A stretch of 64,000 bases of DNA from an uncultured Poribacteria bacterium (GTDB lineage: Bacteria > Poribacteria > WGA-4E > WGA-3G), in assembly GCA_958296135.2 (NCBI GenBank), contig CATQHZ020000001.1, positions 1,376,001-1,440,000 of the forward strand, in the 5' to 3' direction. This document shows positions 50,275 to 59,660 of the stretch, in pieces (positions within the stretch are counted from its first letter, which is position 1; the number at the start of each line of letters is the position of its first letter). A model generated the notes under the pieces. The model made no database searches. It saw only the letters and a list, made by a program, of their open reading frames with translations, and was not told the DNA's origin. Position numbers and translations under genes: made by a program.

Positions 50275-50571
50275 TTAGTCCTCAACTTCAATGAGATCAA
50301 ACCCCACGAATCTGTTGACAATACAACCAATCGCGTTGAAAGCAATGGTAATCATCCGCTGTGCCTTCAAACTCCCGAGAACCTCAAGTCGCCTTAGCGC
50401 GGTCTGCGCTGGAAGCACTTGGAAGTCTAGAAGGAGTTTGGCTTCCGCTTCAGTGAGTTTACCGGACTTTCGGTCAATGCCGATTTGCTCAATTCGCTGC
50501 GGAAAATCGCGAAAAATTGCCAAAAAAGTTGAAACTGATTTTAATTTAGCAAATTTTGCATTTTTTGTCAA
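50275..50571 (-). CDS. Small hypothetical protein (possibly a fragment)
   Basis: 98-aa ORF with plausible helical composition; start uncertain. Confidence 0.35.
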   Translation of the reverse strand: MTKNAKFAKLKSVSTFLAIFRDFPQRIEQIGIDRKSGKLTEAEAKLLLDFQVLPAQTALRRLEVLGSLKAQRMITIAFNAIGCIVNRFVGFDLIEVED

Positions 50572-50664
50572 CGTATATTTTGTCTGACTCGCGGATTTTC
50601 AGGATGAGGGGTTCTCGCCTTTGATATGTTCTATGCAGCAGGAAACCGCCGTTTTAGGTCGGTT

Positions 50665-51165
50665 TAAGAGGCGTTTTTAGTCGCCGTAGCGCGAGGGAAA
50701 ACCCGGCGAGCGCGAATCACCGAGGGTTTCCCTCGCGATCTTAACCTGAACGAAGAACGTCCGCAGCCCCCGGGTTTCGGCCGTTTTCTGATGCGATCGC
50801 TGCATGGCGAGGCACAGGACCTCGCCCTACGGGCTGCGGGGCCGATTTGCTTCTCACTGCCGTAGCGCGAGGGCCCGGCGATCGCGAATCGCCGAGGGTT
50901 TCCCTCGCGATCTCCCGACCTGAGCGAAGAACGTCCGCAGCCCCCGGGTTTCGGCCGTTTTCTGCTGCGATCGATGCATGGCGAGGGACAGGCCCTCGCC
51001 CTACGGTAAAAGGGACGCGCGCCAGCCTGGCGAGGGACAGGCCCTCGCCCTACGGTGCGCGGGGCCGCTTGTAACATGGCGAGGGACAGGCCCTCGCCCT
51101 ACGGTGCGCGGGGCCGCTTGTTGCATGGTGCTCGCCGGACCCTCGCCCTACGGTGCGGGACGCGA
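50665..51165. repeat. BIME-like family A REP cluster
   Basis: Repeated GGCGAGGGACAGGCCCTCGCCCTACGGT units. Confidence 0.9.
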
Positions 51166-51329
51166 TTGGTAGTTGAGAAATGGGATGCGAAATAAAAATT
51201 AACTTGCAAAAAAATGCCAAAAATGCGATACTAGTCTCTAGCAAGCTGCTAATTTAAACGTTAGGACGTTTGCATCGTCTTAAAATAATAGATAAACTAC
51301 GATTTGATAGGGAGGAGAAAAATAAAAAT

Positions 51330-52652
51330 TTGAACCAGCACAAACAGATTTGCTATATCTTATGTTTCATCATCGCATTTGGAATAAATGCCGCGCATGC
51401 CGATGAATGGCCTACATGGCGCGGCCCGAATCAAGACGGTACCTCCGCGGAAACGGGGCTCATTTCAACCTGGTCTGCCGAGGGAGAGAATCTGCTCTGG
51501 AAGGCGGATTTTATCGGACGTTCCACGCCGGTTGTGATGAATGGCCGCGTCTACGTCGTCGGGCGCGTCGGGCAAGACATCACGCAACAGGAGCGTTTCG
51601 CCTGCTTTGACGCGAAAACGGGCGAGTTGCTCTGGAACCATCAATTCAACGTCTTCCATACCACTATCTCCTTTAATCGCGTCGGTTGGGCGAGCCCCGC
51701 TGGCGATGTGGAGACAGGAAACGTCTATGTCCATGGCGTTCAAGGGCTGTTTTTCTGTTTTGATAAAGATGGCGAAATCGTCTGGGCGCGTTCACTGACA
51801 GAGGAGTATGGCCGGATCTCTGGCTACGGCGGCCGCATCCATACCCCGATTATCGCGGGAGATTTGGTGGTTATCAGTTATCTGAACTCGAGTTGGGGAG
51901 AACAAGCCGCGACGCGGCACCGCTATTTCGCTTTTGATAAACGCACTGGCGAGCTCGTCTGGGTATCCACGCCCGGCGGCAGACCGCTGGATACTACCTA
52001 CTCGACACCGGTTGTCGCTGAAATTAATGGACAATCCTATATCATTGGCGGCAACGCTGATGGCAGTATCTATGCCATGAAACAGGCGACTGGGGAGAGG
52101 GTATGGGGCTTTAATCTGAGCCTGCGCGGTATTAACACTTCCGTTGTCGTGGATGCGTTTGGCAAAAAGGTTTACGCCTCGCACGGGGAGGAGAATATAG
52201 ATAACACTGCGATGGGGCGCGTTGTCTGCATCGATGCCACCGGCACGGGCGATGTCACCCAAACACACGAAGTGTGGCGGTATGACGGGGTGAACTTCGG
52301 ATATGTGTCGCCTGCGCTGCACGATGGGCGGCTCTATATTGCGGATAACTCGGCGAACTTGTATTGCCTTGATGCCGAGACAGGCGAGTTGAACTGGGAA
52401 CATAGCATCGGCACCGTCGGCAAAGGTTCGCCTGTGTTGGCTGATGGAAAGTTGTATGTGACGGAGGTCAACGGCAAATTCCATATCCTTCGTCCCGGCG
52501 CAGATGCGTGCGAGACGCTGAGCGTCCAACAGTTAAACCGCGATGAGGATGAGAAACACTACGTTGAGATTTACGGTTCACCCGCGATCGCCGATGGACG
52601 TATCTATTTTACCACGGAAGAATACCTCTATTGTATCGGGAGGATGGAATAA
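51330..52652 (+). CDS. PQQ-like (BamB-type) beta-propeller protein
   Basis: Signal peptide; WPTWRGP; repeated D..TGE..W blades; GSP motifs. TTG 51330 follows GGAGG. Confidence 0.85.
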   Translation: MNQHKQICYILCFIIAFGINAAHADEWPTWRGPNQDGTSAETGLISTWSAEGENLLWKADFIGRSTPVVMNGRVYVVGRVGQDITQQERFACFDAKTGELLWNHQFNVFHTTISFNRVGWASPAGDVETGNVYVHGVQGLFFCFDKDGEIVWARSLTEEYGRISGYGGRIHTPIIAGDLVVISYLNSSWGEQAATRHRYFAFDKRTGELVWVSTPGGRPLDTTYSTPVVAEINGQSYIIGGNADGSIYAMKQATGERVWGFNLSLRGINTSVVVDAFGKKVYASHGEENIDNTAMGRVVCIDATGTGDVTQTHEVWRYDGVNFGYVSPALHDGRLYIADNSANLYCLDAETGELNWEHSIGTVGKGSPVLADGKLYVTEVNGKFHILRPGADACETLSVQQLNRDEDEKHYVEIYGSPAIADGRIYFTTEEYLYCIGRME

Positions 52653-53587
52653 TGATGAAAGTTGTTTACAGGCTTGCTGTTCTCCTGATAGCCGTTCTCT
52701 TCTTCGTCGGCTGCGCTAGCAAAGAGGTGCCGCCAAGCCAACCGATGCGAGCGGCGGAGCCTGCGGTTGCTATCCTGCTCGCGCCAGCGGAATCGGTGAC
52801 AGCAGGTGAGGCGGTTCAGCTGCGCGTCATCGGTTTCGATGCGAACGGGAAACGCACCGAGAACGTTGGAGATGTTGCGTGGATGCTTGCCGGCCTCACC
52901 GGTTCTCTCCAGAACGGGCTATTCATTCCCGATGAAAGTGCTGGCGCGCAAGCCGGCACAGTCTCGGCGCAGGCCGAAGAAATGAAGGCGACTGCCCGTC
53001 TGCGCGTTATTCCCGCGCTGCCGTGGGAGGAGGATTTTGAGGCGATTGAACTCGAAAAAATTCCATCTCATTGGATTGGCGCGACGGGGAAGTTTTTTGT
53101 CAGAGAGAGCCCAACTTCCAGTGCGGGCAACAAGGTGCTTGTCAAAACGCCTGTGCAGCGCGGGTTAAACCGTTCCAACGTCTACATCGGCCTGCCGACG
53201 ATGAAGGCCTATACTATCCAGATCGAGCTGATGGGTACGAAAACCAAGCGCAGACTGCCGGACATGGGCTTAATCGCCAATCGCTACACGTTAGATATGC
53301 AGGGGCGACACCAGCGGTTGCAAATCCGTTCGTGGGCATCCGATCTGCGCATGGCGAAGACGATTGACTTTCCGTGGGAGACCGGTGTCTGGTATACGAT
53401 GAAAATGCAGGTAGAGGTAGGTGACGACACGGCAATCATCCGGGGGAAGGTTTGGCGGACTGGGGAGCCTGAGCCTGAAGACTGGACGTTGACTGCCGAA
53501 GACCCGAGGCCGAATCGCGAGGGCAGCCCCGGCATCTACGGCTACTCCCCAACTGAAATCTATTACGATAATTTAAAGGTATGGTGA
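52652..53587 (+). CDS. Lipoprotein with Ig-like and concanavalin/LamG-like domains
   Basis: Lipobox FVGC; TAATG overlap with the upstream stop; GKVW..EPEDW..GSPGIYG..YYDN tail. Confidence 0.7.
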   Translation: MMKVVYRLAVLLIAVLFFVGCASKEVPPSQPMRAAEPAVAILLAPAESVTAGEAVQLRVIGFDANGKRTENVGDVAWMLAGLTGSLQNGLFIPDESAGAQAGTVSAQAEEMKATARLRVIPALPWEEDFEAIELEKIPSHWIGATGKFFVRESPTSSAGNKVLVKTPVQRGLNRSNVYIGLPTMKAYTIQIELMGTKTKRRLPDMGLIANRYTLDMQGRHQRLQIRSWASDLRMAKTIDFPWETGVWYTMKMQVEVGDDTAIIRGKVWRTGEPEPEDWTLTAEDPRPNREGSPGIYGYSPTEIYYDNLKVW

Positions 53588-53589
53588 TT

Positions 53590-55137
53590 ATGCAAAAGCA
53601 GAGGTTCGCGCGTGGAACGCGCGCCTACGGAGATAATTGTGTCTCACGCCGCAGGGCGAGGGAATTCTCCTTCGTTTTTTGGCCCTCGCTGGGCCACCTT
53701 GGGATTTTGGCCGTTTTCGTGAGTTTGGCACTTTTCACGGTGGCTTTTAACGCAACCGCCGAGAAGGAAATAGCCTTGTGGGGCGGCACACTCAGCAGGA
53801 ACATGGTATCGGATGAAACGAATTTGCCCGACACGTGGAACCTGGAGACTGGGGAGAATATCAAGTGGACCGCGGAGCTTGGTTCACAGACTTACGCCGG
53901 GCCGCTCATCATCGGCGGCAAAGTCTTCGTCGGCACGAACAACCAAGCGCTGCGCAACCCGAAGTTGACGCGCGACCGTGGTGTTATCATGGCGTTTCGG
54001 GAATCAGATGGCGAATTCTTGTGGCAATCTACACATACGAAACTGCCTTCGGGGCGCGTGAACGATTGGCCCCAACAGGGTGTCTGCTCAACACCGTTTA
54101 TTGAGGGAGACCGGCTCTACTACATTTCCAATCGCTGTGAGGTGGTGTGTATTGATACCGAGGCGTTCCTTGATGGCGAAAACGACGGGCCTTTCACGGA
54201 TGAAACCGAAACGAGTGAGATTGACGCGGACATCATCTGGAGTTACGATATGATGGAGGAGTTGGATGTCTTTCCGCACAATCTCGCCACGTGTTCGCCG
54301 CTCGTCGTGGGAGATTTGCTCTTTTTGGAGACGAGCAACGGCGTTGATGAGGGACATATCCACATTCCGTCACCCGATGCCCCGAGTTTTATCGCGCTCA
54401 ATAAACACACCGGTGAGCTCGTCTGGGAAGATGCCTCTCCCGGTGAAAACATCTTGCACGGACAATGGTCGAATCCTGCTTACGGTGTGCCAAATCGTGG
54501 TACTGTCGGCGTGCCCCAGGTTATCATTCCCGGCGGCGACGGCTGGCTCTATGCCTTTGAGCCGGAGACCGGCAAAATCATCTGGAAGTTTGACTGCAAT
54601 CCGAAAGATGCTGTCTGGGAACTTGGCGGCCGCGGCACGCGCAATAATATCATCTCCACCCCGGTTATCCAGGGGAATTACGTCTACATCGGTGTTGGGC
54701 AAGACCCCGAGCACGGCGAGGGCATAGGCCATCTCTGGTGCATTGACGCGACGCAGACAGGAGACACGACCGGGAGTGCTGTTGTTTGGCACTTCGGTGA
54801 TGAGCAGTTTAACCGCACCATGTCCACCGCAGCGATTGCCGATGGCTTGCTCTATATCTCGGATCTGAGCGGGTTCCTCTACTGCCTTGACGCAAACACC
54901 GGTGACCTCTATTGGAAGCACGATACCTTCGCGGCGATTTGGGGTTCACCTTTCGTTGCAGATGGCAAGGTCTACTTGGGCGATGAGGACGGCGATGTCG
55001 TCATTTTGAAGACAGGTAAAACCAAGCAGGTGCTTTCTGAGCTCAACATGGGCAGCGCGGTTTACACGACACCTGTCGCCAAAGATGGCGTGCTTTACAT
55101 AGCGACTCGGAATATGCTGGTTGCTATATCGGAATAG
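53590..55137 (+). CDS. PQQ-like beta-propeller protein
   Basis: NIKW.AELGSQTY; repeated TG..W blades; WGSP; YTTP. Confidence 0.85.
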   Translation: MQKQRFARGTRAYGDNCVSRRRAREFSFVFWPSLGHLGILAVFVSLALFTVAFNATAEKEIALWGGTLSRNMVSDETNLPDTWNLETGENIKWTAELGSQTYAGPLIIGGKVFVGTNNQALRNPKLTRDRGVIMAFRESDGEFLWQSTHTKLPSGRVNDWPQQGVCSTPFIEGDRLYYISNRCEVVCIDTEAFLDGENDGPFTDETETSEIDADIIWSYDMMEELDVFPHNLATCSPLVVGDLLFLETSNGVDEGHIHIPSPDAPSFIALNKHTGELVWEDASPGENILHGQWSNPAYGVPNRGTVGVPQVIIPGGDGWLYAFEPETGKIIWKFDCNPKDAVWELGGRGTRNNIISTPVIQGNYVYIGVGQDPEHGEGIGHLWCIDATQTGDTTGSAVVWHFGDEQFNRTMSTAAIADGLLYISDLSGFLYCLDANTGDLYWKHDTFAAIWGSPFVADGKVYLGDEDGDVVILKTGKTKQVLSELNMGSAVYTTPVAKDGVLYIATRNMLVAISE

Positions 55138-55179
55138 CAGAGATCTTTCAAGTGACTTAACGTACGGAGGGATTATCAG

Positions 55180-55785
55180 ATGGCGTACCGCAGCTTTACC
55201 TTAGCGTCAGCGCGGGAAGCGTTTCAACTTGAAAGGGTTAACACCGAAGGCCTCTTTTCTGGTATCTCCCCGGTGAGTCCGAGTGCACATCTTATAACAG
55301 CGTTGGAGAGAAATGTGTCGTTGGCCGCCGCCATCGGCACGGAGAAAGCGAAGTCAGAACTGATTGTCACCGACGTTCTCGTTGAGCTCCGCGAGCATTT
55401 TGAGCGCCGCATCAGTCTCTTTTCGGGGATTGACTTTAACGTTGATGCCGCAAACGACTTGACCGGGGTGTGTGATTTTGTAGTAAGTCTGTCCTCGTGG
55501 CAATTTGAATTGGAGGCCCCTGTCATTATCCTTGTGGAGGCGAAAAGGGACAATCTGACGGAAGGGTTCGGGCAGTGCGCTGCGGAGATGGTAGCCGCCC
55601 AACGCTTTAACGCGGCAGAAGGAAATGACATTCCCTGCGTCTATGGGGTTGTCACGTCAGGAACAGAGTGGCTTTTCCTCAAATTGGAGGCGCAGAAACT
55701 CCGCATTGACATGGCTGTCTATCCAATTGCGCAGTGCGACAAAATCCTCGGCATCCTCGCGAGCATGGTGGCACAGACAGCATGA
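55180..55785 (+). CDS. Conserved hypothetical protein, PD-(D/E)XK-like (HsdR_N-like)
   Basis: EKAKSE; GVCDF; VEAK; GQCAAEMVAAQ; YGVVTSG..W.FL. Confidence 0.75.
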   Translation: MAYRSFTLASAREAFQLERVNTEGLFSGISPVSPSAHLITALERNVSLAAAIGTEKAKSELIVTDVLVELREHFERRISLFSGIDFNVDAANDLTGVCDFVVSLSSWQFELEAPVIILVEAKRDNLTEGFGQCAAEMVAAQRFNAAEGNDIPCVYGVVTSGTEWLFLKLEAQKLRIDMAVYPIAQCDKILGILASMVAQTA

Positions 55786-56482
55786 GGCTTCGCTAAATCC
55801 ATAGCACCAAGAACCTAGTCATCGACACCGTCGGTGCCGGGTGACGCAGGCAGACCTCCTTGCGCCAGAAACCATTATTGAATGCCTTGCGAATGAGAGA
55901 AAAATGGCGTATAGTAGTTTCACCTTAGACCCAGTGCAAGAAGCGTTTCACTTAGAGGTTATTGATACCGCCAGCATCTTTGCGGGTATCAAACCGATAG
56001 TTCCGAGTGATTTTTTCACGACACTGCTTGAGCGGCATGTTCCATTGGCCATCGCTATCGGCACGGAGAAGGCAAAATCGGAGTTGATTGTTGCCGGTGT
56101 CCTCGCGGAGCTCCGCGAGCAGTTGGACCGGCGCATCAGTTTCTTTTCAGGGATTGATTTCAACGTTGATGCCGATGCGAGTTTGGTTGGTGTGTGTGAT
56201 TTTTTGGTAAGCCTATCGCCGAGGCAATCTTCGCTGAAGGCCCCCGTTATCGTCCTTGTCGAGGCGAAGAGGGACAATCTGACAGGCGGGGTTGGGCAGT
56301 GTGTTGCGGAGATGGTGGCGGCGCAACGCTTTAACGCGAACGCTGGGAATGACATTCCTTGTATTTATGGGGCTCGGTGCAGTGCGTAATAACCTAGACA
56401 TATCGGGTTAAATCCGTCATCCTCTACATCAACTGCATTTTTTATTTGCAGTGTCTCTAAAAATGGGGTATAACGTAGAGAT

Positions 56483-56950
56483 ATGGAAAACATAAGAGTT
56501 AAGATGGGTGAGGCTGCCGAGTGCCTCGGCACCACGAGAGAGACGCTGCGTAGGTGGTCCGATTTTGACGCAGTGTTTTTTGCGAAGGTTTCCAAAAAAC
56601 ACATCTTCGGTTGTTTTTAGTACCAAACAACCTACGTCAAAATCGGCAGAGGAGACAGGCGAATTGCTACCTGCACGGAAAACGAAAGGTGGCACTCGCT
56701 GCGACGCCACAGGTGCCCTGATGGTCTGAAATCCCTCGATGCGCCTCCGATGTGTTATGTCCGCGTCAGTGGTTTCCGCCAGCATAAGCCGATCGAGGCA
56801 CTCACGGCGGCACACAACGCCTCCTTTCGGATTCGGCGTAGTGCTGTTTGTAATAACAAACAGCACGTCTTCGCGCAAGACGTAAACGGCTGGCGCTACG
56901 CCGAATCCGCAAAAGCAAATCGAACTGGAACTCACAGATGGCACTTCTAG
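56483..56950 (+). pseudogene. tnpA: IS607 serine recombinase TnpA, disrupted
   Basis: MerR-like HTH (GEAAECLGTTRETLRRW / EETGELLPARKTKGGTR) and catalytic YVRVS lie in different frames; C-terminal part shortened. Confidence 0.85.
56558..56648. mobile_element. 91-bp MITE-like structured insertion inside tnpA
   Basis: 12-bp terminal IR CCGATTTTGACG/CGTCAAAATCGG with two internal hairpins; removal rejoins RRW-EETG. Confidence 0.75.
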
Positions 56951-58146
56951 CCCACAAGACAGCACTTCAACCGACTCAGGCGCAGCGGCAGCTGCTCAAT
57001 CAGCATTGCGACTTCGCACGGAATGCCTATAATGCAGCACATTCCGATTTCAAAGCAGGTCTCGAAGCAGGCGAATTCCGTTCGGTTTACGATTTGAAGA
57101 AGCTGTTTAATCAACGTAAGCGTGAGGTATTCCCCGACATTTGTGACCTGTCACAAAATGCAGGGAAGAACGCCATTCACAACTTCCATGACGCTATCCA
57201 ACGTTGGAAATCGGGACAGAACCATTTCCCGAAACGGAAGAAGCATAACAGCCGTTCATCGTTTCAGATTGACAACGGCGTGGATAGCGTCAAGGTATCG
57301 TCGGAGGATAGCACACACGTCATCCTCCCGAAAATCGGCAAGATACGTCTCTCTGAGAAACCTCGCTGGACAGGTTCTGTCAGGCGTGCTGTCATTTCAC
57401 GGACAGCTCACAGGTGGTTTATTAGCATGTTATTTGACGTAGACGTACCCGATCCGCCCGATACGTCAGCCCTGCCTGTCGCAGGCTGCGATGTCGGTAT
57501 ATCTGCCCTCGCCACGATGGACGATGGCACGGTTTATGAAAATCCTCGTGCCTTACGCACGCAGGAACGCAAATTGAAACGTCTGAGTCGAAGCCTTTCA
57601 CGCAAGCAATACCGCTCAGGTGGATGGTGGAAGGCGAAGGCATTGCTAGCACGTTTGCTTATGCGAATAACGCATATCCGTAGCGATGCGCATCACCAAG
57701 CAACACATCGCATTCTGCAAGGTATCTCTGCTCTCGGTATAGAAAGCCTCTCCGTCAAAGGTTTGATGAAAAACCGCAAGCTTAGCAAGGCTCTTGCCGA
57801 TGCAAGCCTCGGTGGTTTTCTCGTCAAACTGAAATATAAGGCGGTGCGTCGAGGCATTAGAATTGTTGAGGCTGACAGCTTCTTTCCGTCAACAAAACGG
57901 TGCAGTTCTTGCGGTTATGTTAAGCAGAAGGTGTCGCTATCGGAACGCCATTATCATTGCGGTGTCTGTGGGTTTGAAGCCGACAGAGACGTGAACGCCG
58001 CGATAAATCTGAAGCAGGTCGCTTCCAGCACGGATGAGACCCGAAACGCCGTTGGAGCGTCTGTAACACCTACGGGAGTAGGCTGGATGCGTGGAAGGCG
58101 GAAGATCAAACCGAACCAAGCCCTCATTCATTTTGCAACTGCCTAA
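56938..58146 (+). CDS. tnpB: RNA-guided endonuclease TnpB
   Basis: HTH N-terminus; RuvC GCDVG, IESL and DRDVNAAINL; Zn finger CSSC/CGVC. Confidence 0.93.
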   Translation: MALLAHKTALQPTQAQRQLLNQHCDFARNAYNAAHSDFKAGLEAGEFRSVYDLKKLFNQRKREVFPDICDLSQNAGKNAIHNFHDAIQRWKSGQNHFPKRKKHNSRSSFQIDNGVDSVKVSSEDSTHVILPKIGKIRLSEKPRWTGSVRRAVISRTAHRWFISMLFDVDVPDPPDTSALPVAGCDVGISALATMDDGTVYENPRALRTQERKLKRLSRSLSRKQYRSGGWWKAKALLARLLMRITHIRSDAHHQATHRILQGISALGIESLSVKGLMKNRKLSKALADASLGGFLVKLKYKAVRRGIRIVEADSFFPSTKRCSSCGYVKQKVSLSERHYHCGVCGFEADRDVNAAINLKQVASSTDETRNAVGASVTPTGVGWMRGRRKIKPNQALIHFATA

Positions 58147-58507
58147 CCCACGTTGGACAGATACTTGCACATTTAATGAGATGTGGCTAGGTTTATCAGT
58201 GCGGCTACCACGTCAGGAGTTGATTGGCTCTTCCTGAAATTGGAAGGGCAGAAACTCCATATCGATACGGGAGCCTATACAATTGAACGGTGCGATAGAA
58301 TCCTCGGCATCCTCGCGAGCATGGTGGCACAGACAGCGTGAGGCTTCGCCAAATCCATAGTGCCAAGAACCTAGTCATCGACATCGTCGGTGCCGGGTAA
58401 CGCAGGTAGACATTCTCGCACCGTTAAGCCTATAGAAAACGTGCGTGCGTTGCCTCTCAAAAGGACGCTACCTTCATGCCAATTGAAAGCATTGCGACAT
58501 ACGAAAA

Positions 58508-59596
58508 ATGGACATTTTGAACAGGGAACTCTCTCAAAATATTGCGCAGGCTCAAGCGACACTTGACGCGCATGTCAGGGATATCGTCGACTGGCACTTT
58601 AGCCCGGAGACCGGATGCCCCTTCTGGCTAGAATTCGCCGAGAACCTTGATTTTGACCCGAGGAAAGAAATCGGCGGCTACGCGGACTTGAAACGTCTCG
58701 GGCATTTCCAAGACGAATGGCTGCGCGGCGGCCCCGTGCGGCGTTGGGTGCCGAAGGCTTACGCGAATGAGCCTATTTACGTTTTTGAAACGGGCGGCTC
58801 CACAGGCATCCCGAAGTGTCGGATTAACGTCCGCGATTTTCAAAGGGACTATGAACTCTTTAGTCAAACGTTGTCCGATGAAAGTTTTCCGCCGGGGAGC
58901 GATTTCCTGATGCTCGGGCCAACGGGTCCGAGGCGGTTGCGGCTTGCTGTTGAATATCTCGCCCAACACCGAGGCGGGATATGCTTCTGTGTGGACATGG
59001 ATCCTCGCTGGGTAAACCGTCTTGTTCGGTATGGCAAACATCAGGATTTAGATGACTACAAGAACCACGTTGTTGCGCAGGGGCTCAATGTCCTCAGGGC
59101 GCATGAAAACGTCCAGTGTCTCTTTACCACGCCGAAACTGCTGGAGGCGTTGTGTGAGAAAATTTCCTTGAAAAGGGTGGGCATTAAGGGCATTTTCTGT
59201 GGTGGTACGGAGATGGATGCGCAGTTTCACCGTTTTGCGCGTGAAGAACTTGTGCCGGGCATCGATTTTGTCCCAACCTATGGGAATACGCTGATGGGGC
59301 TCGCCGCGTGCAAACCGTTCGATCTGGCGGACAACTATGCGGTTATCTATTATCCGCCGCAGCCGCGCGCCGTAGCGGAATTGGTGAACCCGGAGAATCC
59401 CGATGAACCTGTCGATTACGGCGAAACCGGGCGCGTGATGCTGACGACGTTGACGAAGGAATTCTTCATGCCGCGCTTTCTTGAACGCGATGAAGCGGAA
59501 CGCGCAAAACCGATTTCGCGTTATCCGTGGGATGGCGTTGAAAACGTGCGTTTGCTCACGGAACTCCAAGAGAGCGTCGTCGTGGGGATTTATTAA
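58508..59596 (+). CDS. Acyl-adenylating enzyme, GriC/EhpF (LuxE/PaaK-like) family
   Basis: WHFSPETGCPFW; ETGGSTG.PK; YGNTLMG; FLERD. Confidence 0.7.
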   Translation: MDILNRELSQNIAQAQATLDAHVRDIVDWHFSPETGCPFWLEFAENLDFDPRKEIGGYADLKRLGHFQDEWLRGGPVRRWVPKAYANEPIYVFETGGSTGIPKCRINVRDFQRDYELFSQTLSDESFPPGSDFLMLGPTGPRRLRLAVEYLAQHRGGICFCVDMDPRWVNRLVRYGKHQDLDDYKNHVVAQGLNVLRAHENVQCLFTTPKLLEALCEKISLKRVGIKGIFCGGTEMDAQFHRFAREELVPGIDFVPTYGNTLMGLAACKPFDLADNYAVIYYPPQPRAVAELVNPENPDEPVDYGETGRVMLTTLTKEFFMPRFLERDEAERAKPISRYPWDGVENVRLLTELQESVVVGIY

Positions 59597-59660
59597 AAAC
59601 GATACGATGTCCTTTTCCTTAAAGAGGCAGTAAGGGGCCTTGCGCAAAAGGAGTTGAGTT

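Larger units (their letters stand above)
56373..58204 (+). mobile_element. IS607-family insertion sequence (tnpA pseudogene + tnpB)
   Basis: GG(CT) at both junctions; removal restores TAT GGG GCT ACC. Imperfect subterminal IRs ATAACCTAGACATATC / GATGTGGCTAGGTTTAT. Confidence 0.9.
55904..58341 (+). pseudogene. Tandem paralog of 55180-55785 split by an IS607 element
   Basis: 5' part ends ...CIYGA at 56374. The frame resumes at 58207 as TTSGVDWLFLKLEGQKLHID...LASMVAQTA* (stop ends 58341), matching the paralog. Confidence 0.92.

Noticed and set aside
50665-51165. REP clusters as CRISPR-like repeat-spacer arrays
   Set aside because: Spacing is irregular, orientations are mixed and the spacers are themselves repeated; this fits BIME-like REP clusters.
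37200-51300. DGR template repeat or reverse transcriptase near the array
   Set aside because: By eye I found no AAC-rich copy of the VR, no YxDD RT ORF and no avd-like ORF; intergenic spaces are filled with REPs.
56558-56648. Hammerhead ribozyme or tRNA
   Set aside because: It is a three-way junction but has no CUGANGA core and no tRNA D/T-loop consensus on either strand.
56373-58204. IStron (group I intron-IS607 hybrid) or Cas12 locus
   Set aside because: Only ~110 bp lie between the left end and tnpA, too short for a group I core, and there is no CRISPR array.
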